Shown: positions 12,750 through 26,328, counted from the whole stretch's first letter. The stretch is DNA of 62,767 nt, filler included, from Chiloscyllium plagiosum (GCF_004010195.1; 3 parts of 2 records of this genome joined end to end with filler, not necessarily neighbours in it); one strand, 5' to 3'. Notes: a model not told the origin generated them from the sequence alone. Made by a program: numbers and translations.

Positions 12750-14110
12750 CAAAACTGTTTCTTTAAGAATGGCAATGGAGATAGTACAGGAAATTACAGG
12801 CTGGTGATCTTTATGTCAGTGGTACAGAATATACTGGAGAAGATTCTTAGGAACAGGATTTATTCACGTTTAGGGAAAAAAGCAGACTTATTAGTGATAG
12901 GCAGCATGGCTTTGAGCAGGGCAGGTTCTGTATCACAAACTTGATTAGTTTTTTGAGGAAGTGATGAAGATGATTGATCAGGGCAGAGGTGTGGATGTTG
13001 TCTACACGGACTTAAGCAAGATCTTTGACAAGGTCCCTCACAGCAGGCTGATATAGAAGGTGAAGTCATATGGGATATGCAGTGAGCTGTTAAGATGGAT
13101 ACAGAACTAGCTTGATCACAGTAGACAAAGTAGTATAGAAAAAGTGTTTTTCTGATTGGAGATTTGTGATCAGTGGTGTTCCACAGGTCTCAGTGCTTGA
13201 TTCTTGACTGCTCGTTATTTAAGTGATTTGGAAGAGAATGTAGCTGGTCCGATTACTAAGTTTGCAGACAACACAAAGGGTGGTGGAGCTGTGGATAGTG
13301 AGGAAGATTGCCAGAGGACGCAGCAGGATATAAATAGGCTGGAGGCTTGAGTGCAGAAATGGCAGATATACAGTAAATGGCAGAACCCTTAGAAGCATTG
13401 ACATAGAGGGATTTCTGTGTTCAGGTTCACAGTTCACTGAAAGTGGCAATGCAAGCGGATAAGGTGGTCAAGGAGGAGAACGGCATGCTTGGATCATACA
13501 GTATAAAAATTGGCAAGTTGTATTACAGATCTATAGAACTTTAGTGAGGCCACATTTAAAATATTGTGTACAGTTCTGGTTAGCACATGAGAAGGATGTT
13601 GAGGCTTTAGAGAAGATACAGAAACATTTTACCTGCATGCTGCCCAGTTTGGAGGGTATTAACAATGAGAAGAGATTGGACAAACTTGGTTTGTTTTCAC
13701 TTGAACATCGGAAACTGAAGACGTTTCTGTAACCTGGTACGTAAACCTGATAGAAGTTTACAAAATTATGAGGTGCATGGTTAGAATGGAGTGTTGGAGT
13801 CTCCCAGGGTAGAAATGTCAATTGCTAGGATTCATAGGTTTAAGGTAAAAGTGACAAAGTTTAAAGGAGATGTGAGAGGCATTTTTTTTTAAAACACAGA
13901 GGGTGGTAAGTGGTTGGAATGCGCTGCCAGAGGAGGTGGAAACAGCAAATAGGCCATCAATGCTTAAGATGCCTCTTGACAGATACATGAATAGGAAGGG
14001 AACATAGGGGTACATACTATGTCGAGGAAAAGATTCTTAGTTTAGAAAGATGTCATGTGTCACTGCAGGCTTGTTGGGTCAAAGGGCCTGCTCTTGTGCT
14101 TTACTGTTCT
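12750..14110 (+). mobile_element. Decayed CR1 LINE, RT domain to 3' tail
   Basis: Remnants of QHGF, CITNL, FDKVPH, KFADNTK, RPHLKYCVQFW, LGLFSLE and the CR1 3' end. Confidence 0.88.
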
Positions 14111-15543
14111 TTGTTCTTTTGTGCATAGCACAGTTTGCCGCAATCATGTCTAAAATGTGTGATAATCATAATCATATTGTCTTCTGCAGAGACCTGAGCA
14201 GCAGCACTCGACAAGAGTCACTTCAAATCTAAGATATTTCTCTCAGCATGATTCAGAAGCGGTCACTATTCCAAGAGTGGGTTTAATGTACCCACCTTCC
14301 ACTGCTGCGCTGTCAACTGAAGGAAAATATTGCCTCCAGACTCTTTACCAAGATTATGCTTCACACGAGAACATACAAAAATAGCAAGAGCTGGAACTTC
14401 AGCCCATCAAGACCACTCTGCCATTCAAAGAGATCAAGATGGATGGGCTACTTCAACCGCATCTGCCTCACTATCCCACGCTAACATTTAGAATTCTACC
14501 AATCTTGGTCTTGAATATGGTCAATGTGGACCTACCATAATCCTCTGGTGCAGGTGACCACCATCCTCTGAGTGAAGAAATTCCTCCATAACTCTGTCCT
14601 AAATGGCCGACACCTTTATTCTGAGACTGTGTCCCCTGTTCAAGACCTTGTCTCAGCCCCCGGGCAAACATCCTTCCTGCATCTAACCTGTAAGATTCTG
14701 TATGTTTAAATGAGTTCCCCTCACTTTCCCTTTTGTTGTTATTTCAACTTGATCTTTTATTAGAATTATAAAGACACATTCAATAGCATAGTTTATGACC
14801 TCAGGCTTATTCAAACATGCTTTCAAAACGTCATCACTGTTGTAATGAAGGAAATGTGGAAGCAATGTTCACACAAAAAGCTCCCAAAGCAGCAAAAGAG
14901 AGGATCTATGCAGACTGATAATGAATCTAGATACACTTCTGCCAGATGCAAAACGAGATTAGATTCAGGAGGTAAAGGTTCTGTGGATACCTATGGAGAA
15001 CCTTTACTGAGGTAATGAAACCGCTAGGAGACTTGGAAGATCACAGTTATGTCACACAAATCCGTCAGCCTGGTGGTACATCCAGGAGCAACACCAGGAA
15101 GCCTGAGAGAAAGCAGTAATGTCCAACTTGAAGTCTTTGCAACACTGAAAGTGCTCCCAGACTACTGGCTGTTTTTTCTTATCAGAAAATCGGGTCATGC
15201 TTGGTTATGCTACACACCTCTGGAGCAGCTGGAATGGGAACACAGGCCTCTTAGTCCAGAGGTCCACTGCACCACACGAGCCCTACCTCGCCCTCCATAG
15301 AATATTTTACATTGACCCAAGGGGGCAGTCAAGGCTCCCGTTTAATGTTTCGTCTGAAAGGCAGCACCACTTATAGAGCATCACTCCCTTGCAGTACTGC
15401 ACTGCAAGTGTCACTCTTCATTATGTTCTTAAGTATCTACAAATTTTTGATTCAGAGACAAGAGGTCTAGAAATTTTCAAAATCAACCTGCTCAGAGATG
15501 TTATTACACACTTCTGAAGAGATGGGATGCTACAACTGTATCT

Positions 15544-17445
15544 AGGACAGAGTGAGGACTGCAGAAGCTGGAGATCAGAGTCAAGAGTGTGCTGCTGGAA
15601 AGGTACGGCAGGTCAGGCAGCATCCAAGGAGGAGAGTCGGTGTTTCGGGCATAAGCTCTTCATCAGGAATGAGGCTTGCGGGCCGGAGGGAGTGAGAGAT
15701 AAATGGGAGAGGGGGGGGAAGGTAGCTGAGAATGCGATAGGTTGATGAAGGTGGGGGTGAAGGTGATAGGTCAGAGAGAAGGATGGAGCGGATAGATGGG
15801 AAAGGTGATGGATAGGTCAAGTGGGTGGTGCAGAGTTGGAGGCTTGGGACTGAGATAATGTGGGGGGAGAGGAAATTAGTGAAATCCACATTGATCCCGT
15901 GTGGATGGAGGATCCCAAAGTGGAAAATGAGGCATTCTTCCTCCAGGTGTCGCATCGTAAGGGTTTGACGGTGGAGGAGGCCTAGGACCGGTGTGTCCTT
16001 GGCAGGGTGGGAGGGGGAGTTGAAGTGTTCAGCCACAGGGCAGTGGGGTTGTTCTGTGCGAGTGTCTCAGAGTTGTTCTCTGAAACGTTTGGGAAGTTGG
16101 CGTCCTCTCTCCCCCAGGTAGAGGAGCCCACATCGGGTGCAACAGATACAGTAGATGACATTGGTGGACGTACAGGTAAATTTCTGTCGGATGTGGAAGG
16201 CCCCTTTGGGGTCTTGGACGAAAATGGCGGAGGGGTGGGGAGGTCTCGATCAGGTTTTGCACTTCCTGAGATGGCAGGGGAAGATGCTGGGAGTGGGGTG
16301 TATACTGGTATGGACGGGTATGTGTGTGTGTGTGTATGTGTGTGGATCCAATGAGAGAGTCGCTGAGGGAATGGTCTCTCCGGAACGCCGATAGGGGTAG
16401 ATATCCTTCTTCGTAATTTCCTTTCCCACGTGGTCGATGATGCCCTCCAGCAAATGTCCTCCACTTCCTGCACCTCTACCCTTGAACCCCACCCCTCCCA
16501 ACGCAACAAGGATAGAAGCCCCTTGGTCCTCAACTTCCACCCCATTAACCTCTGTATACATCGCATCATCCTTCGCCACTTCCACCACCTAGAAACAGAC
16601 CGCACCACCAGTGATATATTTCCCTCCCCACCTCGATCAGCGTTCCGGAGAGACCATTCCCTCAGCAACTCCCTCATCAGATCCACCTTCCCCCACCACC
16701 CCACGCCCCACTCCCAGCACCTTCCCCTGCCACCACAGGAAGTGCAAAGCCTGTGCCAAGACTGCAGCCCTCCCCCCCCCACTATTTTCGCCCAAGGCCC
16801 CAAATGATCCTTTCACATCCGACAGAAATTTACCTGTACCTCCACCAATGTCATCTACTGTATCCATTGCACCCGATGTGGTCTCCTCCAGATGGGGGAA
16901 GAGAGGACACCAACTTCCCAAACGTTTCTGAGAACATCTCTGAGACACCCGCACCAACCAATCCCACTGCCCTGTGGCTGAACACTTCCATTCCCCCCTG
17001 CCACTCCACCAAGGACATGCAGGTCCTGGGCCGCCTCCTCCACCGCCAAACCCTTACCACCCAACACCCGGAGGAAGAACACCTCATATTCCGCCTTGGG
17101 ATCCTGCAAACACATGGGAACAATGTGGATTTCACCAGTTTCCTCATTTCTCATCCCCTCTGCTCATTATCCTAGTCCCAAGCCTCCAACTCTGCACCAC
17201 CCTCTTGACCGATCACCTTTCCCATCTATCTGCTCTCCTCTCCTCACCTTCACCTCCCACCTTCATCTACCTATCGCATTCTCATCTACCTTTCTCCCCC
17301 AACCCCAGCCCCTTCCCATTTATCTCACAGCCCCCCCGGCCCACAAACCTCATTTCTGATGTAGGGTTTATGCCTGAAACGTCGATTCTCCTGCTTCTCG
17401 GATGCTGCCTGACCAGCTGTGCTTTTCCAGCATCACATTCTCAAC
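15544..17445. mobile_element. Penelope-like element, two 3' fragments in inverted orientation (minus arm ~15544-16400, plus arm ~16410-17445)
   Basis: GIY-YIG endonuclease remnants (NVIYCI..TRCGLL..GE) and thumb/linker region (PLVLNFHP, IILRHFHHL) mirrored on both strands; flanking duplication actgtatct at 15535-15543 and 17450-17458. Confidence 0.88.
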
Positions 17446-18266
17446 CATCACTGTATCTGCCACATTTAGATTATCAATTTCCTAACTGCTCCATGCCTTG
17501 TTTAAATAATAAGGCCTTCCCTTCACTTGTTTGTTTATACCCATTACTTAGTTCAAAACCTCAAAATTTTTATGCTGTAATGACCTAATAAGGAGACAGC
17601 ATGGGGAACTTTGAACACAAAAGCCAATTAAATCATTCTAAATGATCAAGTTGAGACATTTCAAGGCAATCAATGCAAAAACATGACTCAATATCTTCAT
17701 TCTTGGAGATGAGATCACATCTAGTTACCACAATATGTGGAAAATAAGATCGGAGGATAGCTCGGACAGCATTTGTTTACTGATGTCTAAAGATTGTGAC
17801 CCACAAGGTGGTTCATCTGCAATGGTTCTGCAGCATCCAACCACACCCACCCCTCCTTGCCCTGCTACCTTTTTGTAGCCCAGAGACACTCTAGTTTTTC
17901 AGCTCTGAGTTGAAGTACTAACATTTTATTTTTGCTCCGACAATTTTAAGGCCCTCTTCATTTTTGCACAGTCCGTGTGGAAATGTTTACACATTTTATT
18001 GTCTGCAGTTCCAATTTTCTTCCATAGGTCTGGTCTTGTTCAAGATTCTGAAGCATACGGAAACGTGGATAGGATGGAGCATCTTAAAAACCCCTTATAA
18101 GGCTTTTCTTCGTTTTAAGCTATTGCTGACATCATTCACCTTCACAAAATTACTTCTGGCTAGCTCTATCCTTCTAACTTCTGAAGCACGCCACCAGGGC
18201 CACTCAGCTTCTGATCTCATTACAACATGGACAAAAGAGCTAAATTCTGGGGACAGTGGGTGCGTG

Positions 18267-18324
18267 TGAGACAGAGAGAGACAGAGAGAGACAGAGAGAG
18301 ACAGAGAGAGACAGAGAGAGACAG
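18267..18324. repeat. (GAGAGACAGA)n microsatellite
   Basis: Direct reading. Confidence 0.9.
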
Positions 18325-19149
18325 CCCTTGATATCAAGGCTAAACTTGACTGTGTGAGACAAGAGGCAGCCCTAACAAACCTGGAGAAAATGGAAACCAG
18401 GGAGAAAACTCTCTGCTACCTGGAGCTAGATCATCTCAGCTCCAGGACATCGCTGCAGGGGTTACTCAGGGTAGTGTCCTTAGCTTAACCATCTTTAGCT
18501 ACTTCATCAACAACCTTCCCACCACCAGAAAAGGAGATGTTTGTTGATGATCACACAATGTTCAATACTATTTGAGGCTCCTCAGACACTGAAGCAGTCC
18601 ACGTCCAAATGCAGCAAGACTTGGATAATATTCAGGCTTGGGCTGACAAGTGGCAAGTGTGAGGCTATGACCATCTCCAACAAGAGCAAATTTAAACACT
18701 GACCCTTGACATTCAACAGCATTACTATCACTGAATCTTTCACTATTAACATTCTGGGAATGACCAATCAAGTGGGCTACTTTGTCCTGGCTGGTGACGT
18801 GCCTCGAGTGTTATTGGAGGTGCACTCACTCATGCAAATGAGGAGTATTCCATCACTCTCCTGACTCGTGCCTTGTAAAGAGTGGACAGGCTTTAGGGAT
18901 TCAGGAGGTTAATTACATGTTGCAGTATTCTTAGGCTCTGACCTGCTCTTGTAGCCTCAATGTTTAGAGAGTCATAGAGCTGTACAGCACAGAAACAGAC
19001 CCTTTGGTGTAGCCCACCCACACCGACCAGATATCCTAAATTAATCTAGTCCCTTTTATTAGCATTTAGTCCATTCCCTTGAAACTCTTCCTATTCATAT
19101 ACCATTCAGATGCTATCTAACTTTGTAATTGTACCAAACTCCACAACTT

Positions 19150-19345
19150 CCATACACATTTAGGCTACACCTCCCTGAACATTATGGGCAATTTAGCATG
19201 GCCAATTCACCTAACTTGCACATCTTTGGATCGTGGGAGGAAACTCATGCAGACACGGGGAGAATGTGCAAACGCCACACAGTCAGTCAACTCAGGTCCC
19301 TGGTGCTGTGAGGCAGCAGTGCTAACATCAGGGCCATCCCATTGC
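19150..19345 (-). mobile_element. HE1-like SINE
   Basis: gggcaatttagcatggccaattcacctaac core and head in reverse orientation. Confidence 0.8.
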
Positions 19346-20168
19346 TTCATGCATTCTTACTCGATGAAAGCACCAATACAGCTACTGTCTGATGGAAGAA
19401 CTGCAATACACTGACCTCCTAGTGCTGAGCCCTGATTCATAACTGCTGCCTGGTGCTGACTTCAAATTATCCAGTGGTCAGTCCAGGACTGGGTCAGTCA
19501 CAACTGTAAGGAATTTGATTTTCCATTAACAGTCTGGTGCACTGTCAGAGGCTTTGCTGATCTAGCAAACAACTATTGAGCTGCTTGTTCAGAGATGCAC
19601 TATCACCCAATACATTTGGGAACATCTCAAGAGTAGCAGCCCAAGCTCTGGACTAACCTATGAGAGGAAACACTGCACTTTCATCCACCTTGTCAAGGCC
19701 ATTTAGAACCTTATACACTTCAATCAAATCACTTCGCATTCTTCTCCACTTCAGTGGAAAGGAGCCCAGACTCTCCAACCTTTCAACATAAAAGTACCTG
19801 TTCATTCCAGGTATCAATCTAGTCAACCTTCTCTGAAACTGGATATACCTCTACAGTCTTCCATTCAATGTGAAGCATACCTTGAAATTCGAAACTGTAC
19901 AAGGACTAATTTTCTAATTTGTTGCAATCATTGAAAGATGTTCCAAACACACATCTGTGTCTCCAATTGTGTGAGACTCAAAAACCAAATGGAGTTCATA
20001 AAGTGCAGCATTGCACACCAGTAAAATAACAATGCTGCCCATCTAACATTACTAATCAGAAGCAAAGAAGAAAAGGCAAAGAGCATTTTGCTTATTAAAG
20101 GAACACAAAGCAATGCAAATTTAAATACTGGCCACAGACCATCTTTCTATAGTCTAAAATGACAATAC

Positions 20169-20225
20169 CTGTTTGTCAACCAAATCTTCATCTTCAGTTG
20201 AACTGGAAAACCCCAAGAAAGTGAC
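20169..20225 (-). CDS. AKAP11: AKAP11(-like) coding exon 3; VTFLGFSSSTEDEDLVDKQ
   Basis: 57 nt, acceptor ctgtggttctacag, donor CAG|gtattg, phase 0/0; VTFLGF matches the short AKAP11 exon VTFLGFNEE..Q. Confidence 0.88.
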
Positions 20226-20984
20226 CTGTAGAACCACAGAAAAGGTTATTTGAGTGACTGCTTCACAGTATGGCAACATCTGAGGAATAACACAATTTTG
20301 TACATTGTTTTTTTTAAAATCATAAACTTCAGTGATGTGGATGGGGGTAATAAGCATCCAAGTTGCAAACTGCAGTTGAAAGGTGATAATTGCACACACT
20401 GACCAGGAAACTCCAGCAATTGGAGAAACTTGAATTAACCACGGTTCGGGTGTATCAACACCTAACAGTGGGGTTTCAGAATTCGGACCAAAGGATTCAA
20501 CAGAAATTTTAGCGTAGTAATGATGGAACAGCACCATGTGGGGGGGGGGGGGGGGGGGGGGGTCAGCCCTCAGCAGGGAAAGAGATGGATAAAGCAACAA
20601 TGTTTATCCAAATAAATTAATAAGAATATAAAGTTGAAAGATATGTTAGGAGGTAAGACTCAGTGACTGTCCGAAAGACTGGGATAAATTCAGAGTCCAG
20701 CAAAGGAGGCTAAGAAGATAATAAAGACAGAGCAAATAAACTACGAGGGCAAACTAGAAAGGAATATAAAGACTGATAAAAAGACCTTATTTAAAAACAG
20801 AGTAAGGAAGAGAGAGGTCAAACTGATAATAAGCTCCTTAGAAAATGAATCTGGGAAGGAGATCAAGGAATTGGCAGAGGAGTTAAACAGATATTTTGCA
20901 TCAGTCTTTACAGTGGAAGACTCCTTGAATATTCCAATAATAATAAAGAACATGGAAAAAAAACAACAAAAAAAGTGTATTGTG

Positions 20985-21147
20985 GATACTGAAAATAGCG
21001 CTGGAAAAGCACAGCAAGTCAGGCAGTATCCGATGAGCAGGAAAATCAACGCTTCAGGCAAAAGCCCTTCATCAGGAATGCCCGAAACGTTGATTTCCCT
21101 GTTCTTTGTATGCTGCCGGATCTGCTGTGCTTTTCCAGCACCACTCT
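20985..21147. mobile_element. Short fold-back Penelope-derived element
   Basis: gctggaaaagcacagca ... tgctgtgcttttccagc inverted arms around a mutated hammerhead core. Confidence 0.8.
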
Positions 21148-22191
21148 AATAAAGAATGTTGGATCAGCCATGATCCTACTGAATGGTGGAATGAGCTTGA
21201 CGGGACTCTCGTTCTTCGGTCTCACAATCTTAGGGAGTGCTGCATTGTCAAAGGGTCAGTCCTGAGGGACTGCTGTATGCTCATGAATGTCAACATGTTC
21301 AAATAAATGCAAGCAGTCCCATAGCACTCTACTAAATGGAACAGGTAAATTCTCCAGGCTCCTGGATAAGACTATTCCTCATCCAATACCACTAGATTAT
21401 CTGGTTAATTATGCTGCTGCTATTTGAGAGCTTGCTGCACGCAGGGTGGCTATTGTTCTTCCTTACACATGCTTTAAAAGCAATTCAATCCTTGAAGCAT
21501 CTTAACATTAAAACACAAGTGCAGTCTTCCCTTATTCTGCTGGGCTGACCATGAATTGTGTTTCATGTAGAACTATGAACTTGAGCAGCCTCTGCTGTTG
21601 ATATTGTTAACTGCAAATAAATGAGATTGAAATGTCCCATGGTGTGGTTTCTTGCAGCCTGACGATGAGCTACAATTCTTTCCATTTGTAATGGAGTGAG
21701 CTGTAGGAAGATCTGCTTTTCATTATATTTATATTTCTCTCTGATAATCATACACATCAAACTATTACAACTTTAAATAATTAGGCTGTGGCAGACATAG
21801 TAAAATACTCAAGTTATACTCAGAGCTTTCAACCATGCATTGAGGAGATAGTGTTGAAGTGACGTTGTCGCTGGGCTAGTCATCCAGAGGCTCAGGATAG
21901 CGCTCTGGAAACAAGGGTTCAAATTCCACCACTGCAGAGAGGCAAGTCTGAGGTTCATTCAGGTGGTCTAAACAAACACGGCAGTTTTGCTGTGGAAAAC
22001 AATGAAGGCAAGACCAAATGGAAGGAGAGACATAGAATTATGGAATCCCTACAGTGTGGAAGCAGGCCATTCAGCCCATTAAGTCCACATCTAGCCTCTG
22101 AAGAGCATCCCACCAGGTCTAACCTCTACCTTGCATTTCCCATTACTAATTCACTTAGCCTGCACATCTTTGGACTGTAAGAGGAAATATC

Positions 22192-22392
22192 TAGGAGAAA
22201 GGGAGGACTGCAGATGCTGCAGATCAGAGTCGAAAAGTGTGGTGCTGGAAAAGCACAGCAGGTCAGGCAGCATCTGAGGAGCAGGAGAATCGACGTTTCA
22301 GGCATAAGCCCTTAATCAGGAATGCCAGAAACGTGGATTCTCCTGCTCCGCGGATGCTGCCTGACCTGCTGTGCTTTTCCAGCACCACATTA
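22192..22392. mobile_element. Short fold-back Penelope-derived element inserted in a SINE
   Basis: Inverted arms of the PLE terminus around a mutated hammerhead core (CUGAUUA); duplication gactgt(a/g)agaggaaa at 22173-22187 and 22393-22407. Confidence 0.85.
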
Positions 22393-22452
22393 GACTGTGA
22401 GAGGAAACCCATGTAGATATGGACAGAATGTGCGAACTCCATGCAGTCAGTT

Positions 22453-23780
22453 AGAGTCATAGAGCTGGACAGCACAGAAACAGACCCTTTGGTCCAATCC
22501 GTCCACACCAACCAGGTATCCTAAATTAATCTCGTCCCAGTTGGCCCATATCCCTCTAAACCTTTCCTATTCATGTACTCATTCCAGATGCTTTTTAAGT
22601 GCTGCAATTGCACTAACCTCCACCATTTCCTCTGGCAGCTCATTCCATACATGCACTACCCTCTGCATGCAAAGGTTGCCCCTTAGGTCTCATTTATGTC
22701 TTTCCTCTCTCACCCTAAACCTATGCCCTCTAGCTCTGGATTTCCCCACCCCAGGGAAAAGATTTTGTCTATTTATCCTATCCATGCCTCTCATGATTTT
22801 GTAAACCTCTATAAGGTCACCCCTCAGTCTGCGACGCTCCAGGGAAAATAGCCCTAGCCCATTCAGTCTGTCCGTATAGCTAAAACCCTTTAACCCTGGC
22901 AAAGCCCTTTAACCCTGGCAATATCCCTGTAAATCTTTTCTGAACCCTTTCAAGTTTCACAATATCCTTCTGATAGGAAGGAGACCAGAATTGCACACGA
23001 TATTTCAAAGTGGCCTAACTGATGTCCTGTACAGCTGCAACATGACCTCCCAACTCCTATCCTCAATGCTCTGACCAATAGAGGGAAGCATCCTAAATGC
23101 CTTCTTCACTATCCTATCTACCTGTGACTCTACTTTCAAGGAACTATGAACCTGCAGTCCAAGGTCTCTTTGTTCAGTAACGCTCCCCAGGACCTTACCA
23201 TTAAGTGTATAAATCCTGCTCTGATTTGCCTTTCCAAAATGCAGCACCTCACATTTAATTAAATTAATCTCCATCTGCCACTCCTCAGCCCAATGGCCCA
23301 TCTGATCAAGATCCCGTTGTACTAGGAGTTAACCTTCTTCACTGTCCGCTACACCTCCAATTTTGGTGTCATCTGCAAACTTAGTAACTAAATCTCCCAT
23401 GTTCACATCTAAATCATTTATATAAAATGACGAAACACAGCGGACTCAGCATTGATCCTTGTGGCACAACACTGGTCACAGGCCTCCAGTCTGAAAAACA
23501 CCAATACCCTCTTTCTTCTACCTTTGGGCCAGTTCTGTATCCAAATGGCTAGTTCTCCCGACATTCCATGAGATCTAGCCTTGCTAACCAGTCTACAATG
23601 AGGAACCTTGTCGAACGCCTTACAGAAGTCTACATTGATCACGTCCACCGCTCTGCCCTCATCAATCCTCTTTGTTACTTCTTCAAGAAACTCCATCAAA
23701 TTCGTGAGACATGATTTCCCATGCACAAAGCCATGCTGACTATCATATTCAGTCCTTGCTTTTCCAAATACATGTAAATC
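22453..23780 (-). mobile_element. CR1 LINE RT/3' fragment
   Basis: SQHGFVHGKSCLTNL, DFCKAFDKVPH, KCEVLHFGK, LGLFSLERRRLRGDLIEVYKI. Confidence 0.92.
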
Positions 23781-24544
23781 CTGAGAGTCACCCAAGCGTG
23801 AAACTCAGGTCCCTGCTGCTGTGAGGCAACACTGAACCACCAGGCCATCCTTGGCTTCGAGCAGAGCACAATGCAGTATCATCAGTTTAGATTTCTCCAA
23901 TGAAGAGTTGATACTGACAATATGGTGTATTTGATGAAAAAAATGGATCATGGTTTGATTGCAAAGCACTTAAAAATTATGAAGGGGTGAAAGAGGGTTG
24001 ATAGAAACAGTGATTGAGGTGTACCGAACTAAATTAAATCCAAGATTCAGAAAGCAAGAGAAACCCTTCTACGGAAGATTTGCGAGGCTGTAAATTGCAC
24101 AAGCTGAGTTAGTAACTGAAGCAGATAGCAGGTCACCTATTTAAGGACAGGTCAGGTAGATAGTTGAAGCAAGGTAGGAGAAACAGACAATGCAATAGCA
24201 AGCACAGAGTAGGATTCTACCAAGTTAAGATGAACATTAACAGAAGTTGCTTGGGTCAGACATTTGGCCACAACGTTCCAATTTCAACAGTTGGAGTATA
24301 TTTTCTTCCTTGCCATTCTCTTGCATATGCTTAATTTGCTTCCAGCAATCCTGTACTATTTATCAGATGTTGAACATTTTTCCTTTACTAAACCTTTCGA
24401 AATTGGTGCATCTTCACACGGTACTGTCAGAACATATTATGAATTGAATATTTCTGTTGCTGTATAAACTACCCAAAGAATAAGCAATTCAAATTTTGTA
24501 AGGCAGTCTCCCAAAAGAGAATAATGTTGGCACAGTGAGATTGC

Positions 24545-24670
24545 ACTCACACGCGGGGAGACTGCATTAGGAACTGGATCACAGGGAGACTTTAGGAGCC
24601 AGGTTCACACAAGCAGACTGCTTTAGTAGCCAGGTTCACATCGGGAGACTGCAGTATGTTCCCATTTACA
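24545..24670. repeat. Degenerate ~30-33-bp tandem repeat, ~4 copies (gggagactgctttaggagccaggttcaca)
   Basis: Direct reading. Confidence 0.6.
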
Positions 24671-24786
24671 CTGCATCTAGCAACGTACCATAGGCCACAT
24701 CTCTGTGGCATATAACCTCACACTACAGAACTCATGACTGTCCAATATTCTAAGATGTTTAACTATTAAAAGCTCAACATACAAAC

Positions 24787-24897
24787 CTCAGTAATGTTGT
24801 CATTTCCCTTCCAATGCTGACCAAGTGTAACATTACACAGTTGCCTCATGCTCTGTAGCAAGGTCTTCATTGAAAATTGGTGTTGGCTGCTCAGCAT
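24787..24897 (-). CDS. AKAP11: AKAP11(-like) coding exon 2; MLSSQHQFSMKTLLQSMRQLCNVTLGQHWKGNDNITE
   Basis: 111 nt, acceptor gctgttttgtag, donor GAG|gtttgt, phase 0/0. MKTLLQSMRQLCNVT..NITE aligns with AKAP11 VKSLLQSQKELCSVT..NLTE. Absent from the ORF track. Confidence 0.88.
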
Positions 24898-25465
24898 CTA
24901 CAAAACAGCAAAACAACAACATTTCAGTTTCTTTGATCACACTAAAGAAGAAAGGACACTAAGGAATGGTTCAGTGACATGACCAACTCAGATAAATCCA
25001 TAGACTGGGCAAAGAGAACACAATTAGGAGATGACTTCTTCAATTTAAAGGGAAATAGTGGTTAAGAGTTTCAAGATTCAGTCTGTTTGATACAGTTAAA
25101 TCAACGATCAAGCTTTGGCTGAGGTCCTTAACCATTTACTAAAAATGTTCCCTGATCTTGCACCAATGAGGAGGCTTGCTCCCTAAACTGTTGCAATGAT
25201 GTGAATTTTAAAATGTATAATCACGTTTCCTGTCATAGGCATGTGACATCCTGGAATTGCTGCAGATAATGGAGATTCCCTGAGTGCGTTTCCTTCTTAC
25301 CTGGAGCAGAGAAATAGCCCAACCTAATAGAGACATGGCAGACTGGCTCCAGGAGCTGTACTAATAGCTCCTGTTAACTTGCCACTTGGATTGTTCCAAC
25401 GCCCCTCCCTCAAGTCCCTCCTCCCTACCTTTTATCTTAGCCTGCTTGGCACACTTTCCTCATTC

Positions 25466-25493
25466 CTGAAGAAGGGCTCATGGCCGAAACGTC
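25466..25493 (+). ncRNA. Minimal hammerhead core in PLE fragment 25396-25553 (one mismatch in stem II)
   Basis: CUGAAGA-A-GGGC-UCAU-GGCC-GAAA-CGUC; element flanked by acttggattgtt at 25384-25395 and 25554-25565. Confidence 0.6.
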
Positions 25494-26328
25494 AATTCTC
25501 CTGCTCCTTGGATGCTGCCTGACCTGCTGCGCTTTTCCAGCAGCACATTTTCAACTTGGATTGTTTACCCATTTCAGGGCTTACCCCCACATAGGACACC
25601 ACCTCCAAGACAGACAGAGAAATAGCCCTTACGAAAGTGCAAATCACTGTGCAAAACTACACAATGTGTAGCCCACACTCATATCCAGAAGCTAGTCCAG
25701 CAGTTTCAATGTCAACGTCAACTGAGACCATCTTTTCCCATGCATTCAAGGAACAGACAGCCCTTCTCCATAGTTCAATAAAGAATTGCAAATAACTGTC
25801 AAGCACATTGACCCCCAGCTGAAAGATTACCTCTATTTTGCTGTTGCTCATTCAAAAGTGTTAATTTTAAAGCTGAAAGCTACATGTTGGAATACACAGC
25901 ACTATTGAGCAGGCAGTGACACCAATGAGCAGGACAGAGATTTGATATTTGTAATAAACTATAGCTATGGTTAGGTAGTTGGTCAGCCTATTTCGCTCAC
26001 GTTATTCCATCAGCCAGATAAATCTAGGACTTTGCATTCTTCAGTTACATTATTAACATATGTTGCAGCTCAGTACTGTGGGGCTTTAGAATCAGTGGGC
26101 TTTCCCATCTGAGCTGTAACACTGATAAAGAAATGCAGCATTTAAGATACTATGTAATTATCAGTGATTGACTAGATTGTAATAGTTTTTTCCCCAAATT
26201 TATGGATTTGTTCCAAAATGAGACAGAGATCATCAGCAAGTTGGAAACAAGAACCAATAGAAACAGAGGGTTATCACTTCAGTTCAGAACCAAATTCAGT
26301 TGTACGGTGCTTAATAGTAGGATAAATT

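Larger units (their letters stand above)
22034..23850 (-). mobile_element. HE1-like SINE split by a PLE fold-back and a CR1 (pieces 22034-22190, 22393-22450, 23786-23850)
   Basis: Pieces join into one collinear SINE. Confidence 0.7.

Noticed and set aside
15581..17588. Stack of long overlapping ORFs (also 27053-28498) as host genes
   Set aside because: Explained by GC-skewed, frameshifted Penelope coding remnants on both strands.
20539..20562. Poly-G tract (also poly-C ~55698-55717 and G-rich 1-66)
   Set aside because: Simple low-complexity runs with no supporting context; lengths may be unreliable.
25295..25310. Strong isolated donor-like sites (CAG|gtaaga ~25300; also ~7410, ~56397)
   Set aside because: No matching acceptor or frame found, and the AKAP11 exon chain is complete without them.
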